Notes under the pieces: model-generated | Told to the model about the DNA's origin: nothing | The model's input: the letters and a program-made list of their open reading frames with translations, nothing else | The model's database searches: none | In this document: piece after piece, positions 9,951 to 20,227 of the stretch | Numbering within the stretch: the stretch's first letter is position 1 | How the letters are laid out: every line of letters begins with the position of its first letter | Translations under genes and position numbers: made by a program | Source of the DNA: a virus | Taxonomy: Duplodnaviria > Caudoviricetes | Direction: 5' to 3' (one strand) | IMG/VR virus record: IMGVR_UViG_3300032320_002229 | Coordinates: 29,467 to 93,466 of that record | Length of the DNA stretch: 64,000 nt

Positions 9951-11603
9951 ATGCATAATACAACTCTGGTTACTGGTATATGGGATCTCGGAAGGTCTAA
10001 TCTTGATGAGGGATGGTCGAGAAAATTCGATCATTATATTGATAATTTTAAGAAACTATTGGAGGCTACTAAAGACACTAATCTTTGTGTTTTTATAGAT
10101 AAAGAGCACGAAGGAATAGTGTGGGACATAAGAGATAGGTCTAATACAGCGGTAATACCTACTCCAGTATCTCATTTTAATAGTAATTTCTTTCCTTTCT
10201 ATGATGAAGTTCAAAAAATAAGAACAAATCCGGAGTGGTTGAATCAAACAGGATGGTTAAAGGATAGTACTCAAGCAAAAATGCCTTGGTATAACCCAAT
10301 GGTCATGAGCAAAATGTTCATGCTGCATAATGCTAAATGTTTTGATATCTTTAATACAGATTATTACTACTGGATTGATGGTGGGATTACTAATACTGTT
10401 CATCCGGGATATTTTTATCACGATAAGGTATTGGATAAGATAGAAAAAAATACTAATAAATTCTTATTTATCTGTTTTCCATATGAGACCACTTCTGAAA
10501 TTCATGGTTTTGATATAAATGGAATGAAAAAATTTGCTAAGTCAGATACCGTAAATAGGGTTGCCAGAGGAGGATTTTTTGGAGGACATAAAGAATATCT
10601 TTCTTATGCAAATGATATGTACTATGGTCTCTTAAGAGATACTCTCCATGAAGGATATATGGGTACTGAGGAAAGCATCTTTACTCTTATGACTTATTTA
10701 GATCCAGATATATTCCAATATGAATCAATTAATGATAATGGTCTTGTTGGAACGTTTTTTGAAAATATGAAAACGGATGTAGTATCTAATCCACAGAGTA
10801 AAAAACAAGCCATACATGAAAATAATGATATTGTAATCTATATCAATGCATTTAATTCTCCAGAACAATTACAAATGGTCTGTGATTCTTTTGAAAAATA
10901 TGATAAGAGCTTCCTTACAGACACAAAAATCTATCTAATTAATAATACAAATAAGGAAGATCTATTTCCAGCTTATGATGCAATATCAGAAAAATATGGT
11001 TTTACAGAAATAAGAAAAGGAAATATAGGAGTTTGTGGTGGTCGTCAGTTAGCAGCAGAACATTTTGCCGAATTGAAATCAAAATACATGTTATTCTTTG
11101 AAGATGATATGTTGGTAGATTTAAATCCAACACAGTATTGTAAATTTGGTTTTAGAAAATATGTTAATAATTTACTTAAAACTTGCGTATCTATTATGGA
11201 TAGGGAGAACTATGATTTTCTCAAGCTAACTTTTAGTGAATTTTATGGAAATAATTCAGAACAATGGGCTTGGCATAATGTCCCTATGCAGAAAAAAATA
11301 GAGTATTTTGGAGATATCAAAAAGAGACCGCTCACAGATTTCAATAATATAAAATCTTTTAACAATATTCCTTATATTGAAGGAGAGGTTTACTATTCCA
11401 ACTGGCCCCATATTATAGGGCAAGAAGGCAATAAGAAATTATTCCTAGACACTAAGTGGGCTCACCCGTTTGAACAAACATGGATGAGTCACATTTATAC
11501 ACTAACAAAACAGGGTTTAGTAAATCCTGCAATTTTACTAGCTAGTCCAATTACTCATAACAGGGTGCATTTCTATGAAGCGTCGGAAAGAAAAGAAAAC
11601 TGA
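9951..11603 (+). CDS. HtrL/YibB-like domain fused to a C-terminal GT2-like domain
   Basis: TTLVTGIWDLGR, YYYWIDGG, GGFFGG, GTEESIFT (HtrL family); C-terminal FFEDD. Confidence 0.7.
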   Translation: MHNTTLVTGIWDLGRSNLDEGWSRKFDHYIDNFKKLLEATKDTNLCVFIDKEHEGIVWDIRDRSNTAVIPTPVSHFNSNFFPFYDEVQKIRTNPEWLNQTGWLKDSTQAKMPWYNPMVMSKMFMLHNAKCFDIFNTDYYYWIDGGITNTVHPGYFYHDKVLDKIEKNTNKFLFICFPYETTSEIHGFDINGMKKFAKSDTVNRVARGGFFGGHKEYLSYANDMYYGLLRDTLHEGYMGTEESIFTLMTYLDPDIFQYESINDNGLVGTFFENMKTDVVSNPQSKKQAIHENNDIVIYINAFNSPEQLQMVCDSFEKYDKSFLTDTKIYLINNTNKEDLFPAYDAISEKYGFTEIRKGNIGVCGGRQLAAEHFAELKSKYMLFFEDDMLVDLNPTQYCKFGFRKYVNNLLKTCVSIMDRENYDFLKLTFSEFYGNNSEQWAWHNVPMQKKIEYFGDIKKRPLTDFNNIKSFNNIPYIEGEVYYSNWPHIIGQEGNKKLFLDTKWAHPFEQTWMSHIYTLTKQGLVNPAILLASPITHNRVHFYEASERKEN

Positions 11604-12852
11604 AAATTTAATTTTTGTACAGATCGCATCTTACAGAGACCCAGAGCTAACAAAAACCCTCAAAGATATGCTTGATAAGGCTACCTATCCTGAAAATTTA
11701 AGGATCGGCATCTCTTGGCAGCATAGTGATGCTGACGACTGGGACAAGCTAGACGACTATAAGGACGATAAGAGGTTTAGAATCTTAGATATCAATTATA
11801 AAGACTCTAAAGGTGTCTGTTGGGCAAGAAACGCTGTTCAGCAACTTTACGATGGGGAGAAATATACTCTTCAATTAGACTCTCATCATAGATTTGAAAA
11901 AGGATGGGATGATACTCTAATTAAAATGTTAACAGACTTACAAAAAGAAGGTATTCCAAAGCCTTTGATTACTGGATATATTCCAAGTTTTGATCCTGAA
12001 AATGATCCAGAAAAAAGGGTTCAAGAACCATGGAAGATGAATTTTGACAGATTCATTCCAGAAGGAGCAATCTTTTTCCTTCCTGCATCATTTGATTCCT
12101 TTAACGATAAAAACAGACCAGTTAGAGGAAGATTTTATTCTGCTCATTTTGCCTTTACTGTTGGGGAATTTTGTAAAGAAGTCCCTCATGATCCCAATTA
12201 CTACTTTCACGGAGAAGAAATTAGTATAGCTGTTAGAGCATATACTCATGGTTATGACATCTTTCATCCGCACAAGGTTGTTTGTTGGCACGAATATACC
12301 AGAAAAGGTAGATCAAAACAATGGGATGATGATCCAGTATGGCCTCAAAGAAATAATGACTGTCATTTAAGAAACAGAAAATTATTCGAAATGGATGGTC
12401 TTACTAATGATATTGATTTCGGTCCTTTTGGGTTTGGTAAAAAGAGAACAGTGGAAGATTATGAAAGATATGCAGGGATATCTTTTAAGAGACGAGCTGT
12501 TCAAAGATATACTCTTGACCATAAAGAACCAGCAAATCCTACCTTTGAAAACAATGAAGAATATCAAGCTTCTTTTCTAAACATTTTTAAGCACTGTATA
12601 GACATTGGATATACACAGGTTCCAGAAACAGACTATGATTTCTGGTGCGTTGCTTTTAAAGATGAAAATGATAATGATATCTTTAGAAAAGACGCTGACG
12701 AATCAGAAATAGCCAGAATGAAAAATGACCCAGATAATTACTGTAAAGTATGGAGAGAATTTTCAACAGAAGTTAAACCAAAGAAATGGGTGGTTTGGCC
12801 TCACAGTAAGTCCAAAGGCTGGTGTGATATAATTCAGGGTAATCTTCCATGA
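11575..12852 (+). CDS. GlcNAc-transferase (GT60, Skp1-hydroxyproline GlcNAc-T-like)
   Basis: IFVQIASYRDPE, SKGVCWAR, QLDSHHRF, EVPHDP..YFHGEEI, WHEYTR. Confidence 0.8.
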   Translation: MKRRKEKKTENLIFVQIASYRDPELTKTLKDMLDKATYPENLRIGISWQHSDADDWDKLDDYKDDKRFRILDINYKDSKGVCWARNAVQQLYDGEKYTLQLDSHHRFEKGWDDTLIKMLTDLQKEGIPKPLITGYIPSFDPENDPEKRVQEPWKMNFDRFIPEGAIFFLPASFDSFNDKNRPVRGRFYSAHFAFTVGEFCKEVPHDPNYYFHGEEISIAVRAYTHGYDIFHPHKVVCWHEYTRKGRSKQWDDDPVWPQRNNDCHLRNRKLFEMDGLTNDIDFGPFGFGKKRTVEDYERYAGISFKRRAVQRYTLDHKEPANPTFENNEEYQASFLNIFKHCIDIGYTQVPETDYDFWCVAFKDENDNDIFRKDADESEIARMKNDPDNYCKVWREFSTEVKPKKWVVWPHSKSKGWCDIIQGNLP

Positions 12853-13856
12853 CAACACTCAGAATCCACAGAGTAGATAATGTGGATTGGGGAAGATATC
12901 ATTCTCCTTGGTTTAAAAAATTTGGAAAATTTTTATCACAATATTTCGATATTGATTGGATAGATTATTCTGTTAATTCGTCTTCGAGTTCAACAGCTAA
13001 TTTACTCAATGAAGTAAAACATTTTGGTAAAAATCCAATGATAAGTGATGTCGATTGTATAATCGAGAATACTTCTAATAATGAGTACGTTGTTTTATCT
13101 TTCACAGAGTTCTTTAATTCTTACGTTGTACATCAGATATCTTCTCCGTTATGTAAGTCTTTGCTATTGTCTCATTTTAATTATAGCTCTTTATTTAAGT
13201 GGCTAAAAAAAGATAATCTTTTAGACAAAATAAACATTGTTAAACCTTGGTTTTTTGGTTCTTTTCAAGAATATGACATTGATAAATACAGAGAGATAAG
13301 AAAGAATAATCTTCATAAAAAAGAATTATTTTGGAAAGGTTTAGGAACAGGAGTCTTTCCGGGACACGAAATCTATAGAGACACAATTAACTATATTGGT
13401 CATGATATTATTAGACCAAACTATATATTTGATTTTGAGACATACATGACTGAATTGTGTATTCATAAAATAGCTTTATCCTTTTATTTAGACTTGAGCA
13501 AAACGCACGATGCTTTCAATTACCCAGGAGAATACTGCTACAGAGATATGGAGTATTGTTCTGTTGGATTACCATTTTTAAGAATAGAGTATAAGGATTG
13601 TTTACATGATGGATTAATTGCAAACAAGCACTATTTATCTATTGATAGAGAAGAAGCATATTCTGTGTTTAATAAAAATGGAAATAAAGGAGTTGCAGAA
13701 TTAATTAGGTCAAAATATTTTGAATATATAGAAGAAAAAGAATTACTAGACTATATTAGTAACAATCAAATTAATTGGTTTAATAAAAATGCTAGATGGC
13801 CTAATAGCGCACATTTAACACTTCAACTATCGGGGATTGACAAATGGATCTCATGA
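12849..13856 (+). CDS. Putative glycosyltransferase-like protein
   Basis: GEYCYRDMEYCSVGLP resembles a GT-B C-terminal motif; operon context. Confidence 0.5.
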   Translation: MTTLRIHRVDNVDWGRYHSPWFKKFGKFLSQYFDIDWIDYSVNSSSSSTANLLNEVKHFGKNPMISDVDCIIENTSNNEYVVLSFTEFFNSYVVHQISSPLCKSLLLSHFNYSSLFKWLKKDNLLDKINIVKPWFFGSFQEYDIDKYREIRKNNLHKKELFWKGLGTGVFPGHEIYRDTINYIGHDIIRPNYIFDFETYMTELCIHKIALSFYLDLSKTHDAFNYPGEYCYRDMEYCSVGLPFLRIEYKDCLHDGLIANKHYLSIDREEAYSVFNKNGNKGVAELIRSKYFEYIEEKELLDYISNNQINWFNKNARWPNSAHLTLQLSGIDKWIS

Positions 13857-14725
13857 ACGATCTGACTATAACAACCTGTTTATATTATGATTTATTCGGC
13901 ACAGAATTTGGCGGTCGCCACGGCCCAAGATATAAATATTTTTATGGCCTATTATCTATGCTTAAGATGAACTGCCCAGTAGTACTATATTGCTGGGAAA
14001 AAGATATTCAAGAAATAAAAGATTTTATAGACACAGAAACAAACGGAGAAAGAAAGGATCAAATTCATTTTGAAGCTTTCGATCTGTATCAGAGTCCTCT
14101 TTATGAAACAATCAAGAGTATCAAGGATATAGAAGCTCAAAAAAAATCAGACAGATCTTTTGATGTGTCTATGAATAAGATGGTTATGCTAAAAAGAACT
14201 ATCGAATCCAACCCTTTTAACAGCAAATATTTTTATTTTATTGACGCTGGACTATCTAGCTCCTCTTTGTTTCCAAATAAATACTTAACAAATCAAGAAG
14301 ACCCTGTAAAAAGATATTACGAATGTTCTTTATTTACTCCTACAGTAAGTAAAAATTTAATAAAACTAGCAAAAGAAGACAAGATGGTTTTATGGAAAAT
14401 ATCTCAATGGACCAACTATATCGATCAATCCCACTGTACAAGACACAATGGAGATTCTATCATAGCTGGAATCTTTGGCTCAACTGCTGATACTGTGAAC
14501 AGATATGCAGATGATGTTATTGAAAGATTTACTTTTGTAGTACAGACATATAAAACACTATACTTAGAAGAACCTATAATGACTATTCTTTATCAAGAAA
14601 ATCCAGACAAATATAAAACTGTTGATTTTGATGTTTGGTATCATGAAAATAGTGGAGACGTCTTTCAACCAATGATAGTAGGTAAAAAAAGCTTTTTTAA
14701 CACTTTTGAGGAATTAAACCAATGA
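13844..14725 (+). CDS. HtrL/YibB-like protein
   Basis: SNPFNSKYFYFIDAGL, AGIFG, EEPIMT. Confidence 0.65.
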   Translation: MDLMNDLTITTCLYYDLFGTEFGGRHGPRYKYFYGLLSMLKMNCPVVLYCWEKDIQEIKDFIDTETNGERKDQIHFEAFDLYQSPLYETIKSIKDIEAQKKSDRSFDVSMNKMVMLKRTIESNPFNSKYFYFIDAGLSSSSLFPNKYLTNQEDPVKRYYECSLFTPTVSKNLIKLAKEDKMVLWKISQWTNYIDQSHCTRHNGDSIIAGIFGSTADTVNRYADDVIERFTFVVQTYKTLYLEEPIMTILYQENPDKYKTVDFDVWYHENSGDVFQPMIVGKKSFFNTFEELNQ

Positions 14726-15390
14726 GCAAATGCGACTGGATGGGTAGGCTGTTAGACGAGAATGATTCTTATATAGACATTAACGGAAACTCTATGAGTG
14801 GCTGTTGCGCTTACGAGGGCATCACAGTGATGCAGCATCCTGATGTATTTAAAGTTTTAGAATCCATGCTCATAAAGATTAAACCCGCCCGCATACTTGA
14901 AATAGGTACTGCTGCTGGTGGACTTACTCTGTTCTTTAGGCATTGTTTAGACAGGATCGGATTAGAATCTTCTCCTATTAAAACATTTGATATCTATCCC
15001 TCAGATACCCATGCTTCTCTAAGTGTTTTTCCAACAGTATCTGTTAGCTATGAAAACCTATTCAATAAGGATTATAATCAATTAATAAAACCCGAATTAG
15101 TTGTTGATTATATAGCTTCCCCGGGAACAACTCTTATTATCTGTGATGGTGGAAATAAAGTAACAGAATTTAATCAACTATCTGAATATCTGAAAGTTGG
15201 AGACTATATAATGGCTCATGACTATGCTGAAAGTTCAGAATTTTTTGCTAACCATGTGGTTAATAAAATTTGGTGCTGGATGGAGATTAATGAATCTAAT
15301 ATCAAAGATTCCTGTGAAAAATATAATCTTGAACCATTCATGAAAGAAGAATTACAAAACGTAGTCTGGACTTGCAAAAAGAAAGTATAA
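14722..15390 (+). CDS. CmcI-like class I methyltransferase
   Basis: KPARILEIGTAAGG, CDGGNK, IMAHDY; paralog of 16119-16793. Confidence 0.7.
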   Translation: MSKCDWMGRLLDENDSYIDINGNSMSGCCAYEGITVMQHPDVFKVLESMLIKIKPARILEIGTAAGGLTLFFRHCLDRIGLESSPIKTFDIYPSDTHASLSVFPTVSVSYENLFNKDYNQLIKPELVVDYIASPGTTLIICDGGNKVTEFNQLSEYLKVGDYIMAHDYAESSEFFANHVVNKIWCWMEINESNIKDSCEKYNLEPFMKEELQNVVWTCKKKV

Positions 15391-15391
15391 T

Positions 15392-16126
15392 ATGCAAACA
15401 TTATTAACAACTAGTGATATTAAAACAAAAGACCATTTTGGTATTAATGACATTGTATTACATGGATTAGGCAAATATAATGATAAAAACTTTGTACTAA
15501 AAATTGGCGCTTGTGACGGAGTTTTTGACGATCTGACATGGGGATGGATAAGTGCTTATAGTATGGACTGCTTATTTATAGAACCAATAAAAGATCGTTA
15601 CGAAGACTTACAAAAAAATACTAAAGATCTTAGGGGAAATATTCTAGTAGAAAATTGCGCTATTCACGAAACTGATGGTGAAATAGAAATGGTCATAATT
15701 CCAAAAGACTATCTCGAAAAAGAAACCCCCACAGGTGCTTTCTGTAATAAAGCTCTTTACGGGATGAGCAGTGTCTACCCTCCAAAAAATGGGCTCTTGA
15801 AGAACGAACATGACGCAAAGATATTGGAAGAGATAGGACTAAAACAAAAAGTATCTTGCTATACGTTGAATTCTGTTTTAAATAAACACAACGTCTTAAA
15901 AATTGATTTATTGAGTATAGACACAGAGGGACATGACTACATTATTTTTAAACAATTCGACTTTAGTAAATATACTCCATTGTGGTTTGAAGTAGAAATA
16001 ATAAATCTTCAACCAGAAGAAATAGAAGAAATAAATAATATAGCAAAGTCTAATGGCTATTATACATACGGAGATTCTCGTGACTTATATGGAGTAAACT
16101 ATTCGTTAATTAATTGGAATGAATAG
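15392..16126 (+). CDS. FkbM-family methyltransferase
   Basis: KIGACDG, FIEP, IDLLSIDTEGHDY. Confidence 0.85.
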   Translation: MQTLLTTSDIKTKDHFGINDIVLHGLGKYNDKNFVLKIGACDGVFDDLTWGWISAYSMDCLFIEPIKDRYEDLQKNTKDLRGNILVENCAIHETDGEIEMVIIPKDYLEKETPTGAFCNKALYGMSSVYPPKNGLLKNEHDAKILEEIGLKQKVSCYTLNSVLNKHNVLKIDLLSIDTEGHDYIIFKQFDFSKYTPLWFEVEIINLQPEEIEEINNIAKSNGYYTYGDSRDLYGVNYSLINWNE

Positions 16127-16793
16127 TATGATACAAGATAGTGCTGGAAGAAATATGGATGTTAATGGAAGATATATAGATAATGAAGGGCATGTCATAA
16201 CTGGTGCCTGTTTCTATAATGGTGTCCTAACCATGCAACACAGAAAAGCTTTTGAAGTTTTTGAATCATTTTTATCAGAGGTTAGACCGTCAAGAATCAT
16301 AGAGATAGGAACATCCCACGGAGGACTAACACTATTTCTTAGACACACCTTGAACAATCTTGGCTTGAAAGATAGCTTAATCAGAACTTTTGACATAAAT
16401 CAATTTACTTCTCATTACATACTAAAAGAAGAAAAAAACTTAGAACTAATACATGATAATATCTTTAGTTCTGACTATTTAACTTTAATTAATTCTTCTC
16501 CCATAGAAGAGTTCTTGTCTACAGAGGGGACTAACATTATTCTTTGTGACGGAGGAAATAAAGTAAGCGAGTTTAACTTATTGTCTCAATTCTTAAAACC
16601 TAACGACTTTATTTTAGCTCATGATTATTGTAGTAATCTAGAAGTCTTCAAAGATAAAATTTTAAATAAGATTTGGTGCTGGCTTGAGATACAGGATGAC
16701 GATATACTTAATAGCTGTCAGAGGTATAACTTGGAATCCTATATGGAGGAAACATTCTCAAATGTTGTTTGGGTTTGTAAACAGAAAAAATGA
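16119..16793 (+). CDS. CmcI-like class I methyltransferase
   Basis: RPSRIIEIGTSHGG, CDGGNK, LAHDY; paralog of 14722-15390. Confidence 0.7.
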   Translation: MNSMIQDSAGRNMDVNGRYIDNEGHVITGACFYNGVLTMQHRKAFEVFESFLSEVRPSRIIEIGTSHGGLTLFLRHTLNNLGLKDSLIRTFDINQFTSHYILKEEKNLELIHDNIFSSDYLTLINSSPIEEFLSTEGTNIILCDGGNKVSEFNLLSQFLKPNDFILAHDYCSNLEVFKDKILNKIWCWLEIQDDDILNSCQRYNLESYMEETFSNVVWVCKQKK

Positions 16794-17176
16794 AATTCTT
16801 AATTACACTTTTCTTTGTAACCATCAGCACCCCCTGTTTTGCACAATATGGGTCTGATCATATCAATCCCTTTGGAGCAATGCCATTCATAGGTATGCCA
16901 CAAACTGCTTCTTCAGCTAACGGAAATAGTCAATCCGCTGTCATTGCTGCAACAGGGGGGTATGCTGTAGACATGTCTTTATCTAGAATAAATGATCAAA
17001 CAGCATACAGCATGATGCTTGACAACCATACCAAAAAAATAGATACATATTTTAATGGTAGGTCTAGTAATGCTTACTATAGAGACATGGAAGAATGGAG
17101 AAAGAAAGAAAAGGCTTATCTAAAGAGAATAGGTCTCTGGAACAGACAGACTATTGAATATATATATGGACGCTAA
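16790..17176 (+). CDS. Secreted protein with signal peptide (planctomycete-like family)
   Basis: Hydrophobic N-terminus ending CFA-Q; 'S..RIN...Y..MLDN..K.IDTYF..R..N.YY' pattern. Confidence 0.55.
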   Translation: MKFLITLFFVTISTPCFAQYGSDHINPFGAMPFIGMPQTASSANGNSQSAVIAATGGYAVDMSLSRINDQTAYSMMLDNHTKKIDTYFNGRSSNAYYRDMEEWRKKEKAYLKRIGLWNRQTIEYIYGR

Positions 17177-17178
17177 AA

Positions 17179-18081
17179 TTATGGTACTGGAACCAAAATT
17201 CCATACCCCTCATATTTTCTAATGCCTTTATACTTTGGGTTACTTAAATGCATACTCTTGGTTTTGAATAATTCGATATAATCTTCTTTAGTTTCTAGTT
17301 TATTCTTAAAATAAGACTTAGCTAGGGCAGCACATCCCACAGCAAATGGATTACTCATACTAGTGCCACTCATCTTAGCATAGGTATTTCCAGGATAACA
17401 GCTTAGTATATCATGACCAGGAGATAAGAAGTCTAATTCTTCTCCACTACAAGTAAAATTTGTTCTCTCCAAATTCTCATCTATCGCACCAATACTAATT
17501 GGGTAATCATATTTTGCTGGATATAAAATATCTGAGTTTTCTCCAGAGTTCCCAGCCGCACAAAAAACTATTATATTTTTAGACCTAGCGTATTCTATTG
17601 CATTCTCTAGTCTTTTATTTGGGCTAGGAGATCCTAAAGACATAGTAATAAAATCAACATTTTGATCTACAGACCAGTATATTCCTTTTATAATATCCTC
17701 ATTCCTTCCACTGCCTTTATCATTTAGTGCTTTTACAGGCAAGATCTTTGCTTTAGGAGCAACGCCTACCATTCCTAATCCGTTATTTTCTGCTGCAATA
17801 GTTCCTGCAACGTGAGTCCCATGACCATTTTTATCTATAGGTTCTTTGTCTGGCTCCACCAAATTTATACCTTGTAATAGATTATTTTTTATATCATCAT
17901 GGTATAAGTCGCACCCTGTGTCGATAACCGAAACCTTTATATCTTCTCCTTGAGAAAATTTCCATCTACTAATAATATCAAATTTCTGTATTTCCCATCC
18001 ATAGAACTGTTTATCTTGAGGAGATAGTCCATAGACTACTTCTGATTTATACGGAAGTAATGACACATTATTTCTTTTCAT
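17179..18081 (-). CDS. Subtilisin-like S8 serine protease
   Basis: VIDTG, HGTHVAG, AAGNSG, SGTSMS catalytic motifs. Confidence 0.95.
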   Translation of the reverse strand: MKRNNVSLLPYKSEVVYGLSPQDKQFYGWEIQKFDIISRWKFSQGEDIKVSVIDTGCDLYHDDIKNNLLQGINLVEPDKEPIDKNGHGTHVAGTIAAENNGLGMVGVAPKAKILPVKALNDKGSGRNEDIIKGIYWSVDQNVDFITMSLGSPSPNKRLENAIEYARSKNIIVFCAAGNSGENSDILYPAKYDYPISIGAIDENLERTNFTCSGEELDFLSPGHDILSCYPGNTYAKMSGTSMSNPFAVGCAALAKSYFKNKLETKEDYIELFKTKSMHLSNPKYKGIRKYEGYGILVPVP

Positions 18082-18811
18082 TTAATACTCCTTTTATCCA
18101 CGGTATATAAGAACTTATTCTGCTATGAGTGCTTTCATCTCCGTAAGTAGAGTCCGGCTTGCCATCATAACCTAAAACAGAAGAATGAATGCCTGCCAAC
18201 TTAGAGTCTATAAATAAAGCACCTCCACTATCTCCACTGCATATTAAATATTCTAATTCAGTGACTTTACCATTTTTCCTTGATGGAGAACAGATTAAAA
18301 CATTTCGTTCTATCTTATCAACAAAATTTGATCCACCTCTACGCTTACCATCAGAAATTTTTACTCCAGTATTAAATGTTCCTGTTAGTCCCCAACCAGC
18401 CATAGAGCATAGTTTACCAACCTCATCTTTTGATTCGTAAAGATCTGGATAATGTTCTAATCCTAGCTGTTCTTCAAGATATCCAAGAGCAATATCTCCA
18501 TTACCAAATACGTCTTCTTTATACTCTGGATGAACAAATATTTTTTTTATTTCATATTTTTTGTCATTTATTTTTACTGACCAAACATGAGACCCTTGAA
18601 CAATATGAGCAGCAGTAATAATCCAATTAGGCTTTATTGCTACAGCAGATCCATTCGATACACCCACACCATCAAAACAAGAAATAGGTAATACACTATG
18701 GAATTTTGATCCGTATTCTATATACTTTTGATCAGGGGTAGAAGGATCAATAGTCCCACCAAAAGAAATTGATGTGCAAAACATGAGTAGTACAAGCAGA
18801 AACTTTTTCAT
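18068..18811 (-). CDS. Trypsin-like S1 serine protease with signal peptide
   Basis: ITAAH, GDIAL, GDSGG; start moved to MKKFLLVLL. Confidence 0.9.
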   Translation of the reverse strand: MKKFLLVLLMFCTSISFGGTIDPSTPDQKYIEYGSKFHSVLPISCFDGVGVSNGSAVAIKPNWIITAAHIVQGSHVWSVKINDKKYEIKKIFVHPEYKEDVFGNGDIALGYLEEQLGLEHYPDLYESKDEVGKLCSMAGWGLTGTFNTGVKISDGKRRGGSNFVDKIERNVLICSPSRKNGKVTELEYLICSGDSGGALFIDSKLAGIHSSVLGYDGKPDSTYGDESTHSRISSYIPWIKGVLNEKK

Positions 18812-18897
18812 ATGGTATTCCTTTACAAAATATCTGTTATATTTATACACATTACCAAAGGGTCCCACATTTTTGCCAGACTACTCAAAATCTGAAG

Positions 18898-19236
18898 TTA
18901 GGTATGATATGGACGATTATCAATTTTATTCGTCCACTCAGAACAATCTTCTTTTACTTTTATATTATAGCTTTTAAAGTCCATTAAATGTCCAAACATT
19001 ATATGACATGAATTAGAACATAGTGTTATTAGATTGCTAGGATCTAATTCTTTTTCTGGATTCATATGTACTGGTAATATATGATGAACTTCTAGATCCT
19101 TGCTTTTACCACAAGCTTGACAATGTGGTTCTTTTTTAAGATGTTCTTTTCTAAAAGTCTGCCATTTTGGAGATCTTATTGCAAATCTTATTTTTTTGCT
19201 AAATATATTAAACATATCATAGAATATTTGCTGCAA
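18898..19236 (-). CDS. Small HNH endonuclease
   Basis: CQACG...EVHH...NLITLC...CH. Confidence 0.85.
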   Translation of the reverse strand: MQQIFYDMFNIFSKKIRFAIRSPKWQTFRKEHLKKEPHCQACGKSKDLEVHHILPVHMNPEKELDPSNLITLCSNSCHIMFGHLMDFKSYNIKVKEDCSEWTNKIDNRPYHT

Positions 19237-20218
19237 TCATACAGCCTTTTGCTACTGCGTGTAAAGGATCTGAAGCATGTCTTATTTCTTTTATTGCTAT
19301 TGGAAATCCATTCTCTTCCATTTTTATCTTAAAATTTTCTATGTAACCTTTAGCCTGAGAAGTCCCACCAGCTACAACAATAGTTAAAGGATTTTTAAAC
19401 TTTGGAAGAGATTTGTGATTTGACAATGCAGAAGATAAATTTTTTGTAGTATAGTCAATTAGTCTTTCGTAATAGGCAGAAACCGCAGCTAAAACAGGAT
19501 TATCTACTGGTTGTCCAATAGTAAATCCACCACCTTCTTTTTCTACTTGAACAACACTGTCTGGCTCACCTGTTGCAACAGAACTCATTCTATCAATCCA
19601 GTCACCAGATTTAGTTGTAGAAAATAATACTGTTGGTTCTCCATTAAGCATTACGCAAACATTCGTCATACCAGCCCCACAACTTACTCCGATTCCAGTA
19701 TAGTCCTCCGATTCTAATTCGGCGTAACATAAAGCTTCAGCTTCATTCACTGATCTTGCGCTATATCCACATTCAGCTAAAATTGTCTTGATCACATCTT
19801 CATGATACCCAACGTCAAAATCATCATTCTCTTGGTCAACGGGTTGTGCGGGGATACAGAATACTATCTTCTCATTAGGCTCAGAAGCTTTGCCAGCGAC
19901 CTCTTTTAAAATAAAAGCCAGTATGCGCTTGGCATCTTTTTCTTTAGCTGAGACCACGCCACGATACATTGGTCTTTTTGCTGTATCATTTCTTTCTATA
20001 GCTTTTTCTATAGCGTCTTTACCCAATAAAATAAAAGAACCATCAGAATCTTTGATAAATGTTTTTCCAGCCAAACCTTTTTCAATCATTTTTGTGGCTA
20101 CTGGAGTTGATGGCTTGATAATGTAAAAAGCATCTCTGAAGTCTTTATATTGAACTTTACCCTTCTCTTCAGATGATAATACTATATATGATGTACCAAC
20201 GTCTAATCCTTTTCCCAT
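19217..20218 (-). CDS. Actin-like ATPase (MreB/FtsA/MamK superfamily)
   Basis: GLDVGTS phosphate-1, NEAEA connect-1, SCGAGMTN phosphate-2, VAGGTS adenosine, AVAKG. Confidence 0.85.
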   Translation of the reverse strand: MGKGLDVGTSYIVLSSEEKGKVQYKDFRDAFYIIKPSTPVATKMIEKGLAGKTFIKDSDGSFILLGKDAIEKAIERNDTAKRPMYRGVVSAKEKDAKRILAFILKEVAGKASEPNEKIVFCIPAQPVDQENDDFDVGYHEDVIKTILAECGYSARSVNEAEALCYAELESEDYTGIGVSCGAGMTNVCVMLNGEPTVLFSTTKSGDWIDRMSSVATGEPDSVVQVEKEGGGFTIGQPVDNPVLAAVSAYYERLIDYTTKNLSSALSNHKSLPKFKNPLTIVVAGGTSQAKGYIENFKIKMEENGFPIAIKEIRHASDPLHAVAKGCMIAANIL

Positions 20219-20227
20219 TATTTAACC

